A stretch of 64,000 nucleotides of DNA from Gammaproteobacteria bacterium (GTDB taxonomy: Bacteria > Pseudomonadota > Gammaproteobacteria > Ga0077536): NCBI GenBank assembly GCA_030830685.1, contig JAURMM010000054.1:717-64716 (forward strand), read 5' to 3'. The translations under genes were made by a program, and so were the position numbers. Numbering within the stretch: the first letter of the stretch is position 1; each line of letters starts with the position of its first letter. Shown in pieces: positions 51,839 to 60,342 of this stretch. Below the pieces are notes generated by a model. That model did not search any database. It was given only the letters and a program-made list of their open reading frames with translations, and was not told the origin of the DNA.

Positions 51839-52669
51839 TCAGCGGCGTCCTGGTGCCTGCTGCTGGAGATGAGCGATGTGCGCAACTTCCGTCATGACCG
51901 CGGGTAGCGACGGGATGTTTTCGTCACGCTCCAGCAGGGTGGGAAAAGTCCCATGGATGGAATAAGCATCGCGCAGCAGCTCCCAGACCGGATCGATCAC
52001 CGGCGCACCATGGGAATCGATGATGAGTCCGCTCTCCGTGCGGAGGTGGCCCGCAATATGCGCATAGGCGATGCGGTGCGATGGAATGCCGCGCAGGAAG
52101 TCTCGTGGGTCATAGCCATGATTGCAGGCGTTGACCCAGACGTTGTTCACGTCCAGCAGCAGATCGCAATCTGCTACCTCCAGCACAAGCCGGATGAAAT
52201 CCAGTTCGCTCATCTCCTGCATCACTACGCAGTAGTAGGAGGGATTCTCGACCGCGATCCGCCGACGCAGAACATCTTGAACCTGTCTGATTCTGGCCGC
52301 GAGATGGTGTGCAGACTCCTCGGTGAAAGGCACGGGGAGCAGCTCGTACAAAAGCCCGGAGTCCCCGCAGAAGCTGAGATGGTCTCCATATATGCGGATG
52401 TCATACCGGTCGAGGAAGGCGCCGATTTCCCGTATGTGGCCGAGGTCGAGGGGATCGGGTCCTCCCAGATTCAGCAGCAGGCCATGACCGGCCAGGGGAA
52501 TGCGGGAGGCAATGTTCGCGAGAGTCTCGCCCAGCCGCCCTCCGGCGCCCAGCCAGTTTTCCGGGGCAACCTCCATGAAGGAAACTGGAGCGGGGATGTC
52601 CTTGAGCAGGGCCCCCAAGTGGGGGCGCCTGAGACCGAGGCCCGCACCGTGAAGCTGTCGGGGACTCAC
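51839..52669 (-). CDS. DUF692 / multinuclear non-heme iron oxidase (MNIO) family peptide-modifying enzyme
   Basis: GAGLGLRRPH...FMEVAPENW...GHGLLLNLGG...YGDHLSF...IAVENPSYY...DVNNVWVNACNHGYDP...YAHIAGH is the TIM-barrel DUF692 signature. GTG start. Confidence 0.85.
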   Translation of the reverse strand: MSPRQLHGAGLGLRRPHLGALLKDIPAPVSFMEVAPENWLGAGGRLGETLANIASRIPLAGHGLLLNLGGPDPLDLGHIREIGAFLDRYDIRIYGDHLSFCGDSGLLYELLPVPFTEESAHHLAARIRQVQDVLRRRIAVENPSYYCVVMQEMSELDFIRLVLEVADCDLLLDVNNVWVNACNHGYDPRDFLRGIPSHRIAYAHIAGHLRTESGLIIDSHGAPVIDPVWELLRDAYSIHGTFPTLLERDENIPSLPAVMTEVAHIAHLQQQAPGRR

Positions 52670-52726
52670 GCTGCAGAGGTCGTCGCGCAGGCAGTCACTG
52701 ACCGCGCGAGAGAATGTGCTTTGGGC

Positions 52727-53038
52727 TTACTTCTTCTGAACGTGCGGCATGGAGCAGCTGGCGCTGCCAAAGGTCCCGCACACAGCCGGATCCTTGGTGC
52801 CGGTGGCGAGTTTTCCACTCGCATATTTTGCCTGCTGATCGCCGCCATAGTTGAAGCCTGTCTCATCGTCGATGGCGACCTTGTTGCCTTGCATGTCGAC
52901 CGCGTCCCCGGCCACCGTCACTGGTGCGCCGAACTCGACCATCTGGAACGGATTGTCGGCGTTGGCCGTTGCGGAGAGTGCCAATGCCATGGACGAGCCG
53001 ATCGCGAGCGCGACAGGCTTCAGGGTGTTCTTCTTCAT
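52727..53038 (-). CDS. Secreted 103-aa candidate RiPP precursor with a C-terminal CG-x6-CS motif
   Basis: Strong SD GAGGAGGAAGG upstream of the ATG at 53038. Sec signal MKKNTLKPVALAIGSSMALALSATANA, then DNPFQMVEFG... The only two Cys lie near the C-terminus: ...DPAVCGTFGSASCSMPHVQKK. It lies immediately upstream of the MNIO and DUF2063 genes on the same strand. Confidence 0.75.
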   Translation of the reverse strand: MKKNTLKPVALAIGSSMALALSATANADNPFQMVEFGAPVTVAGDAVDMQGNKVAIDDETGFNYGGDQQAKYASGKLATGTKDPAVCGTFGSASCSMPHVQKK

Positions 53039-53299
53039 CTGACCTTCCTCCTCGTTGCAAGAATTGCGTTCTGGTCGACCTCTGCGCAAAAACGCCAAAA
53101 CGGCCGATAATTCCGGACGCGGTCGCGAACCGCCCGGTGGTAGTGCCGGGCTCTCGGCGATGGTATGTCGCCCCCCATAGGCTGTAAACCAGCCTCGTGT
53201 CGGGGCGTTTAAGATCTCCGCCGGGGGCTCCTCGTGGCTGCGTCAGGTCGGTATGGTCAGGGATAGCGGTGGGCGAGGAATCTGTAACAGGGAGAACCG

Positions 53300-54352
53300 G
53301 TGAAACGAGCCCGGGTGTTCGTGGGGAGTTGCTTGACGCTCTGGTTTTGCTACGCCGGGGAAGCCGGCGCGGCAGATCTTGCGCGTGCGGCGCTCGCGCG
53401 CGGTGACGAGTCCGCCGCGTTCGACCAATTCCTGCGCCGTGCCGAAAATGGTGACCCAATCGCCCAGAACAACGTGGGTGTGCTGTTCCTCAAGGGGCGG
53501 GGCACTGGGCGCGACTTCGGAGAGGCTCGACGATGGTTCCAGGCTGCGGCCGATAAAGGTCTGCCCGGGGCCATGCATAACCTCGGTGTCCTGTATCTGC
53601 GCGGCCACGGCACGCAGTCCGATCCGGCGCAGGCAGCGGAGTGGTTCACCAAAGCCGCCGAACTAGGCGACGCTGACGCGCAGTTCTATCTCGCCCGCCT
53701 GCTCTATGAAGGCGAGGGCATGGCGCAGGACCTGTCGGGTGCCCGTCACTGGTTCACACGCGCCGCCGATCAAGGCCTGCCCGCTGCTGGTTTCAATGTC
53801 GCGCTCATGCTGTTGCGGGGCCAAGGAGGCGCACCGGACGAAGCCCAGGCGCTGGCGTATCTTCAGCCGCTCGCGGCAGAGAATGAGACGGCGCGCTTGC
53901 TCATCGCCCAGATTCATCTCATACATGCAGCCGACCCTGCTCGCGCCGCACTGGCGCTAGCCGACTTGCGCCCACTGGCCGAGGCCGGCAATCCGGAAGC
54001 GCAATATCACCTCGGCATGATGCTGATTCTAGGGCAGGGTCTCGCCCGGGACTACGAGGAAGGACGGTTCTGGCTGCAGCAGGCCAGCCGCGCGGGCTTC
54101 GTGCCGGCGCAGGTCAATCTGGCAGGACTCTACGAGCGTGGCCTCGGTGTTGCGCCGGATCCGGTCGAAGCCGTTGCCTGGTACGAGATAGCCGTGTCCA
54201 ATGGAGATGCGGCCGCCGCCATCGTGCTGGCCAGACTGCGCGAAGACTTGTCCCCCCCTGAGCGCGCCCGCGCAGAGGCCCTGACGGTCGAATTGCGCGC
54301 GCGGCACCCGGATATCGTGCGCAGCACGGATGTGCCAGCCGCCACCCCCTGA
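53300..54352 (+). CDS. Secreted Sel1-like repeat (SLR/TPR-like) protein
   Basis: GTG start preceded by GGGAGA. Signal peptide MKRARVFVGSCLTLWFCYAGEAGA. About 8 SLR units follow (AQNNVGVLFLKGRGTGRDFGEARRWFQAAADKG; AMHNLGVLYLRGHGTQSDPAQAAEWFTKAAELG; ...). Confidence 0.8.
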   Translation: MKRARVFVGSCLTLWFCYAGEAGAADLARAALARGDESAAFDQFLRRAENGDPIAQNNVGVLFLKGRGTGRDFGEARRWFQAAADKGLPGAMHNLGVLYLRGHGTQSDPAQAAEWFTKAAELGDADAQFYLARLLYEGEGMAQDLSGARHWFTRAADQGLPAAGFNVALMLLRGQGGAPDEAQALAYLQPLAAENETARLLIAQIHLIHAADPARAALALADLRPLAEAGNPEAQYHLGMMLILGQGLARDYEEGRFWLQQASRAGFVPAQVNLAGLYERGLGVAPDPVEAVAWYEIAVSNGDAAAAIVLARLREDLSPPERARAEALTVELRARHPDIVRSTDVPAATP

Positions 54353-54377
54353 ATCTTTTCCCTCACCGGAGCCTGGC

Positions 54378-55043
54378 ATGTTGCCCACTCTCATCCTTGA
54401 CATGGACGGGACACTGCTCGACCTGAATTTCGATGACCAAGTGTGGAATCACGCCCTGCCGCGAGCGCTTGCGGCGTTGGAAGGCGAATCCGAGGCCAAG
54501 GTGCGGGCGAAGGTGGCAGCGACGCTTGCCGCGGCGAAGGGTTCTCTGGCCTGGTATTGCCTGGACCATTGGGAACGGGTGTTCGGCGTCTCTGTGCATG
54601 CGCTTGAGCTCGAACTGGCCGAATTGATTGCCTTGCGGCCGGGCACGCTCCAGTTTCTCGAGTTTTTTCGCGCCGAAGGATATCCCGCCCTCATTGCCAC
54701 GAATGCGCATCCGGGCAGCCTGGCGCGCAAGATGCTCCACACGGGTATCGAGGGTTATTTCTCACACCTGGTAAGCGCGCATACCTTGGGCATCCCCAAG
54801 GAAGATCCTGCGTTCTGGCAGCGCTTGCGCGGCGTAGTGCCATTTCTGCCGGAACATGCCGTGTTCGTGGATGACAATGCGGCAGTGCTCGATTCCGCGC
54901 GGCAGTGGGGCATACGCCATCTTTTCGGGGTGCGAAGCCCAAGCAGCACTGGCGGGACGAAGACTTTCGACGATTACCAGAGCGTGGACAGTCTGGCGGA
55001 GCTCATTCCGTGGCTGCGTGGTCTGCAGGCTCCCGGCGAGTAG
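54378..55043 (+). CDS. HAD-family hydrolase (YrfG-like nucleotidase type)
   Basis: LILDMDGTLLDL...ATNAH...FVDDNAAVLDSA HAD motifs. Start trimmed to the ATG at 54378. Confidence 0.75.
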   Translation: MLPTLILDMDGTLLDLNFDDQVWNHALPRALAALEGESEAKVRAKVAATLAAAKGSLAWYCLDHWERVFGVSVHALELELAELIALRPGTLQFLEFFRAEGYPALIATNAHPGSLARKMLHTGIEGYFSHLVSAHTLGIPKEDPAFWQRLRGVVPFLPEHAVFVDDNAAVLDSARQWGIRHLFGVRSPSSTGGTKTFDDYQSVDSLAELIPWLRGLQAPGE

Positions 55044-55060
55044 CTCGAATCCATTGGGGT

Positions 55061-55753
55061 TCAGTCACCGCGTGCGAGAAGAAAATCGTGGATGCTGCGC
55101 CCCGCCTCTAGGGCGCGACGCTCGAAGCGGGTGAGGCAGCGCCCTCGCGGGCGAGGCGCGCGCCGACCTGGTCCCGCTAGATTGCGCCAGCCCGGCGCGC
55201 TCGCAAGGCACTCCAGGATGCTTTCAGCGTAATCATCGATGTCGGTGGCGATGCGAACCCGGCCACTGCTGGCGAGTACCCGACGCGCTGCCGCAAAAAA
55301 GGGGGCCTGGAGGAGCCGACGCTTGTGATGTCGGGTCTTGGGCCACGGGTCAGGGAAGAATATGCACACTTCCTGCAGACAACTCTCCGGCAACTGAGCC
55401 AGAACTTCATGAATATCGGCGGTGCTCACCCGAACGTTCTGCAGCCCTGCCGCGGCAATCTGCAACAGCAACTGCCCGATGCCGGGCCGATGGACCTCCA
55501 CTGCCAGGTAATTGTTGGCAGGATGCGTGCGGGCATTGACGTAAAGGTTCTCGCCGTTGCCGGTGCCGATCTCGAGGCACAGTGGATTTCCATTGCCGAA
55601 CCAGTCAGCGGGAGTCGTGCCTGGCTGCACAGGCATGGCAAAAACCGGCAGCAGCTCTTCCAACGCACGCGCCTGGGCTGTAGTGATGCGCCCTTCGCGG
55701 CGCACGAAACTACGGATGCCGCGCCTGGGCGGGTTGCCTGACTCGCTCACCAA
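55061..55753 (-). CDS. trmB: tRNA (guanine46-N7)-methyltransferase
   Basis: IRSFVRREGRITTAQ...LEIGTGNGE...FFPDPWPKTRHHKRR. Conserved thiG-trmB adjacency. Confidence 0.9.
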   Translation of the reverse strand: MVSESGNPPRRGIRSFVRREGRITTAQARALEELLPVFAMPVQPGTTPADWFGNGNPLCLEIGTGNGENLYVNARTHPANNYLAVEVHRPGIGQLLLQIAAAGLQNVRVSTADIHEVLAQLPESCLQEVCIFFPDPWPKTRHHKRRLLQAPFFAAARRVLASSGRVRIATDIDDYAESILECLASAPGWRNLAGPGRRAPRPRGRCLTRFERRALEAGRSIHDFLLARGD

Positions 55754-55762
55754 GGCCCTTGG

Positions 55763-56578
55763 TCAGCTGAAGAAAGTGCCATCCAGCGGCGACGACGCCG
55801 AGGCATGGGTGCGCCTCGGCATGCGCCCGGCACGATAGGCCAGGCGACCTGCCATCACTGCGTGACGCATGGCCTCGGCCATCACGATGGGCTGGCGCGC
55901 CTCCGCAATGGCGGTATTCATGAGCACGGCATCGCAACCCAGCTCCATGGCAATACTGGCATCGGATGCTGTGCCGACGCCGGCATCCACGATCACCGGC
56001 ACGGAGACGGTTTCGACGATTTCACGCAAGGTGTAGCGATTCTGCACCCCGAGCCCCGAGCCGATGGGGGCCGCAAGCGGCATGATGGCGACGCAACCGA
56101 TTTCCTCCAGGCGTTTTGCCATGATCGGGTCGTCGGTGGTGTAGACCATGACTTCAAAGCCCTCGCGACACAGAATTTCGGCGGCTTTGAGCGTTTCGGT
56201 GATGTTGGGGTAGAGCGTTTTCTGGTCGCCCAACACTTCGAGCTTCACCAGGCGATGATCATCCAGCATCTCGCGTGCAAGGCGGCAGGTTCTGACGGCG
56301 CTGTCCATATCGTAGCAACCTGCGGTGTTGGGCAGCAGCGTGTAGCGCTCGGGGGGCAGATAATCGAGTAAATTGGGACTGGCGCTGTCCTGGCCCAGGT
56401 TGGTGCGACGAATCGCAACTGTCACGATCTGGGCGCCGCTGGCCTCGATGGCCTGGCGCGTCTCCTCGAAATCCTTGTACTTGCCGGTCCCTACCAGAAG
56501 CCGTGAAGCATAAGCCTTGCCGGCGATGATCAAGGGCTCCTCATTGCCAGTGGTCACGTCAGAATGCGTCGCGCTCAT
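55763..56578 (-). CDS. thiG: Thiazole synthase
   Basis: [14 protein letters not shown]...VTVAIRR...LLPNTAGC...[13 protein letters not shown]...[13 protein letters not shown]. Confidence 0.95.
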   Translation of the reverse strand: MSATHSDVTTGNEEPLIIAGKAYASRLLVGTGKYKDFEETRQAIEASGAQIVTVAIRRTNLGQDSASPNLLDYLPPERYTLLPNTAGCYDMDSAVRTCRLAREMLDDHRLVKLEVLGDQKTLYPNITETLKAAEILCREGFEVMVYTTDDPIMAKRLEEIGCVAIMPLAAPIGSGLGVQNRYTLREIVETVSVPVIVDAGVGTASDASIAMELGCDAVLMNTAIAEARQPIVMAEAMRHAVMAGRLAYRAGRMPRRTHASASSPLDGTFFS

Positions 56579-56620
56579 GTCGGGGATTCCGTTTGCTCTG
56601 CTAGGGATGGGGCGGCACCC

Positions 56621-56821
56621 TCAGCCGCCGCCAATGGCCCTGACGATTTCCACTGAATCGCCAGACTCCAGATGATACTCGCTGAAGCTGCTGCGAGGCA
56701 CGATGGCGCCGTTCACTTCCACGGCAAAACGTCCCTGCAGTCCAAGCGATGCCACGAGGAGGGCAACTGTGGTGTCCGGCTCCAGCGCACGGGCCTCGCC
56801 ATTGAGGCAGATGTGCATCAT
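56621..56821 (-). CDS. thiS: Sulfur carrier protein ThiS
   Basis: 66 aa; MMHICLNGEARALEP...VEIVRAIGGG, with the diagnostic C-terminal GG. It lies upstream of thiG. Confidence 0.85.
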   Translation of the reverse strand: MMHICLNGEARALEPDTTVALLVASLGLQGRFAVEVNGAIVPRSSFSEYHLESGDSVEIVRAIGGG

Positions 56822-57058
56822 TGCGCGCTCGCGCTGCTGCGACCGAGGAGACGAGGGGCGGGGCAGGGTGTGGAGGTTCGCACGCGGGCACTCACTGGGA
56901 TCAGGCCTTGGGACGGTGACTATAAGCCAGAGCCAGAGTGGCGGCGAGCTTGCCTGGGTCACGATCCGTGGCCTGTGCCACAAGGCTGCGTTGAAACCGC
57001 GATCCGGTCAGGTGATTGCTTGGACGCTTCGCTGCAAACCACTACAATCCGGGCACAC

Positions 57059-57132
57059 GCGGGTGTAGTTCAATGGCAGAACATCAGCTTCCCAAGCTGA
57101 GAGCGTGGGTTCGATTCCCATCACCCGCTCCA
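57059..57132 (+). tRNA. tRNA-Gly (anticodon CCC)
   Basis: GCGGGTG-TA-GTTC-AATGGCA-GAAC-A-TCAGC-TTCCCAA-GCTGA-GAGC-GTGGG-TTCGATT-CCCAT-CACCCGC-T-CCA. The cloverleaf folds by hand and the CCA is encoded. Confidence 0.95.
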
Positions 57133-57175
57133 GACAAAACTGCCATGAGGAACCCGCGGGAGCCGGTGCACTTGC

Positions 57176-57832
57176 ATGCTGCCAATCGAATCAATCGAGG
57201 CTCTCCGGGACTCCGGGCTGGAAGCGGTCGTTGCACCGCTCTACGGTGGTGCGCTTCCGTATCACAATTTCGCGCACGCACTGTCCACGCTCCGGTCGGC
57301 TGATCGCATCATCGTCCGTTGTGCGGAGGAAGGTATCGAGGTCCGTACCCTTGTGGTGTACTACGCATTGTTGTTTCACGACGCGGGATACCATCAGGCC
57401 CACGATCTCCTGGGTTTTGCTTCCAAGGAAGCTTACTCGGCCCACCTGGCCCGCCTCACGCTGAGTGCACGCGGCATTGGCACCGGGATCATCGATGCAG
57501 TGGAGCACTCTATCCTGGCAACCCATCGTGAGGCTCGCTGTCTCAGCGTAGAGGATGCCGTGGTGAGGATGGCTGACCTGGCCGGAATTGGCGCCGATTA
57601 CGCGGTGTTTCTCGCCAATACTGTTGCACTCTGGGATGAGGTGGCGTTGCTGTACGGGAGGCGCGCCGGGTGGTCGGAATGGTGCAGCCGTACACGGGAG
57701 GTGCTGGCTCCCTATCTCGCCGAGCGGATATCGCTTACGCGCGAATTTCGACAGGGTGAGAGCAACGGTTTCTTCGCAAGGGCTGAGGAGAACCTGCGAC
57801 GTCTGGGTGCCGAGCCTGCACCCGCGCGCTGA
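57176..57832 (+). CDS. Hypothetical protein with an HD-domain-like motif
   Basis: 218 aa; ...LPYHNFAHALS...YYALLFHDAGYH... is compatible with an H...HD metal site. I recognise no closer family. Confidence 0.5.
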   Translation: MLPIESIEALRDSGLEAVVAPLYGGALPYHNFAHALSTLRSADRIIVRCAEEGIEVRTLVVYYALLFHDAGYHQAHDLLGFASKEAYSAHLARLTLSARGIGTGIIDAVEHSILATHREARCLSVEDAVVRMADLAGIGADYAVFLANTVALWDEVALLYGRRAGWSEWCSRTREVLAPYLAERISLTREFRQGESNGFFARAEENLRRLGAEPAPAR

Positions 57833-58447
57833 TCAGCCGCCGCCTACCTTCAGCACGATGGCCTTGAAACCCAACTGATCGAGCCTGCTGCGCGTCTGTT
57901 GAGCTTGCGTCAGGTCGCCATAGGGCCCTACGTGCACCCTGAACCAGTTCTGCCCGTTGATGCCCACTTGATGAATATTGGCCTGAACGCCCTGGAGGGC
58001 GAGCATGGCCTTGGACTGCTCGGCATCCTCCCGTGACTGGAAGGAAGCCACCTGCAGCACATAGCTGCCTGCACTCTGCGAAGGCTCTGAGGGCTTCTGT
58101 TCGGTCGGGGGCGCAGCGGATTCCTCCGCCACGGGCACTTCACTGTCGGGAATCTTGACTTCGATTTCCGGCAGGATGGTATAGAAATCAAACGTCGGAC
58201 GGGTCACCGGGGTTTCTGGCGGTGGCGGCGGTTCCTGTGCTGCAGGCTGCTCGGTTGGAACCGGTGCGGTCGGCAGTTCAACCGAGGGTAGCGTCGATGC
58301 AGGTATCTGCGCGGGCTGCTGGAACCAGAACCATGTGAGTGCTGCGCAGGCCAGACCGATGCCCAGACCGGTCAGGAATGACATCCAGCTCCCCGGCGTT
58401 CGCGCTGGCTGCTCCTTGCGTGGCTCCTTCTTGTAGTCCTTCGCCAT
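57833..58447 (-). CDS. SPOR-domain cell-division protein (FtsN/DedD-like)
   Basis: Basic N-terminus followed by a transmembrane segment (WMSFLTGLGIGLACAALTWFWF), a Pro-rich linker, and a C-terminal SPOR domain (YVLQVASFQSREDAEQSKAMLALQG...WFRVHVGPY). The ATG overlaps the argS TGA. Confidence 0.8.
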   Translation of the reverse strand: MAKDYKKEPRKEQPARTPGSWMSFLTGLGIGLACAALTWFWFQQPAQIPASTLPSVELPTAPVPTEQPAAQEPPPPPETPVTRPTFDFYTILPEIEVKIPDSEVPVAEESAAPPTEQKPSEPSQSAGSYVLQVASFQSREDAEQSKAMLALQGVQANIHQVGINGQNWFRVHVGPYGDLTQAQQTRSRLDQLGFKAIVLKVGGG

Positions 58448-60240
58448 CACATTTCCTCGGGAGCCGAGACTCCCAGCAAGGCCAGCCCGTGAGCGAGGAC
58501 CAACCGGATGGCTGTACACAGGGCGACGCGTGCCTGGCGCAACGGGGCCTCATCGACATTGATTTTGTGTGCGTTGTAGTACGCATGGTATTCGGTCGCG
58601 AGCTCCCGCAGGAAATTCGCGATGGCGTGAGGTTCGCGCTGCTCCGCGGCCGAGGCAACCGTGTCCGCATAGCGGGTCAGAAGCCCGGCCAGCTGATGCT
58701 CACGTTTTTCCACGAGCAACCCCAGGTGGGGCAGGCCATCGAGTGCCTCGCTCTGACCTCGGGACTGGGCAATCTGCCGGAATACGCTGCAGATTCTTGC
58801 ATGAGCATATTGCAGGTAATACACGGGATTGTCCTGGCTCTGCGCCCTGGCCAGGTCCAGATCAAAATCAAGATGCTGGTCCGAACGCCTGCTCGTGTAG
58901 AAGTAGCGGGCGGCATCCACACCCACTTCCTCCATCAGTTCCTTCAAGGTGACGAACTGCCCGGAACGGGTTGACATGTGCACTTTTTCGCCCCCGCGAA
59001 ACAAGCTCGCGAACTGCACCAGCAGTACCTCGAGGCGGGCGGGGTCGAGACCCAGTGCACTCAGGCTGGCTTTGACGCGCGGGATGTAGCCGTGATGATC
59101 CGCGCCCCAGATGTTGATGATGTGGGTGAATCCTCGCTGGTACTTGTCGGCGTGATAGGCGACATCGGAGGCGAAATAGGTCGGCGCGCCATTCTCACGC
59201 ACCAGCACTCGGTCCTTTTCATCGCCAAAGGCGGTTGAGCGAAACCATTCAGCACCGTCCTCGGTGTACACCTGACCACTCGCACGCAGGCTGGCAAGTG
59301 CTTCGTCCAGACGTCCCCGCTCGACCAGACTGTGCTCCGAATACCATTCGTCAAATTCCACGCCGAACATTTTCAGATCGGCTCGGATGCCCGCCAGGAT
59401 GGACTGGCACGCGAAGCCATGCAGTGATCGGTAGTCGGCCTCACCGAGGGCCGTGCGGCATTGGGCGATGCGGGCATCAAGTGCACCTTCATCGTCACCT
59501 TCGAGAGTGGGCGCAAGCGCTGGCAGGGTGGCGCGCTGGAAGCGATCCCCGAAGCGTCCGGCAAGCTCTGCGGCGATATCGACGATGTAATCGCCGCGGT
59601 AGCCGTTGCCCGGGAATTCCAGTTCGATGCCGGCCTGTGCGAGATAACGCAGCCACACGCTGAGCGCGAGGATGTCCATCTGGCGCCCGGCATCGTTCAC
59701 GTAGTACTCGGTGCAGACCTCGAAGCCTGCCGCACGGAGCAGATTGGAGAGGGCTGCACCGTAGGCGGCCCCGCGTCCGTGCCCCACATGGAGCGGGCCC
59801 GTCGGGTTGGCCGACACGAATTCCACCTGCACGCGACGTCCCGCCCCGCGATTGGACCTGCCGCAGGTTTCCGGCGCGCGCAGGAGTGTATCCACTATGC
59901 CGAGGATGGCGGTCTGTCGCAGATGAAAATTGATGAAGCCAGGTGGAACCACTTCCAGATTCTCGATACCGGCATCCTCGCCGATTGCCGCCACGATGGC
60001 CTCTGCCACTGCCACCGGGGACATACGACAGTGTTTGGCCAGCAGCAGGCTGATATTGCTGGAAAAATCCCCGTGCGCCGGGTTGCGCGGGGGGTCAATC
60101 GCGATCGGAGGCACTGCCTCGGGCAATGCGAGCGAACCCGCAGCTGCCAGGCGTGAGAGGGCATTTTCGACCAGGGATCTGAGATGTTCCTTCACGCTGG
60201 ATTCACTCGCGACGGCTTGGGAGGGAGGCTTCCGCGCCAC
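58447..60240 (-). CDS. argS: Arginine--tRNA ligase
   Basis: VEFVSANPTGPLHVGHGRGA (HIGH region), ...HMSTRSG..., and a C-terminal DALR anticodon-binding region. Confidence 0.95.
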   Translation of the reverse strand: MARKPPSQAVASESSVKEHLRSLVENALSRLAAAGSLALPEAVPPIAIDPPRNPAHGDFSSNISLLLAKHCRMSPVAVAEAIVAAIGEDAGIENLEVVPPGFINFHLRQTAILGIVDTLLRAPETCGRSNRGAGRRVQVEFVSANPTGPLHVGHGRGAAYGAALSNLLRAAGFEVCTEYYVNDAGRQMDILALSVWLRYLAQAGIELEFPGNGYRGDYIVDIAAELAGRFGDRFQRATLPALAPTLEGDDEGALDARIAQCRTALGEADYRSLHGFACQSILAGIRADLKMFGVEFDEWYSEHSLVERGRLDEALASLRASGQVYTEDGAEWFRSTAFGDEKDRVLVRENGAPTYFASDVAYHADKYQRGFTHIINIWGADHHGYIPRVKASLSALGLDPARLEVLLVQFASLFRGGEKVHMSTRSGQFVTLKELMEEVGVDAARYFYTSRRSDQHLDFDLDLARAQSQDNPVYYLQYAHARICSVFRQIAQSRGQSEALDGLPHLGLLVEKREHQLAGLLTRYADTVASAAEQREPHAIANFLRELATEYHAYYNAHKINVDEAPLRQARVALCTAIRLVLAHGLALLGVSAPEEM

Positions 60241-60342
60241 CGGGCGACTTGAGGGACGCTGGACCGACGGGGCGGAAGGGCGGCAACACTACCAGCGTTT
60301 GCGCCACTCTTGAATCCCGGGCCCCTGGACACCAGCCCCGCT

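Noticed and set aside
51953-53110. 385-aa + strand ORF spanning the RiPP locus
   Set aside because: It is antisense to the DUF692/MNIO gene and the precursor gene, both of which have strong independent support (family motifs, SD sequence, signal peptide).
56822-57058. Possible TPP (THI-box) riboswitch upstream of thiS-thiG
   Set aside because: A CCTGATC heptamer followed by ...TGCCCGCG superficially resembles the ACCUGAUCUGGAUAAUGCCAGCG segment. However, the invariant CUGAGA element is absent and the flanking bases do not form the P4/P5 pairing. A covariance-model scan (Rfam RF00059) would settle it.
57059-58447. Genomic island integrated at tRNA-Gly
   Set aside because: There is no integrase, no direct repeat of the tRNA 3' end, and only one unknown gene before housekeeping genes (SPOR protein, argS) resume.
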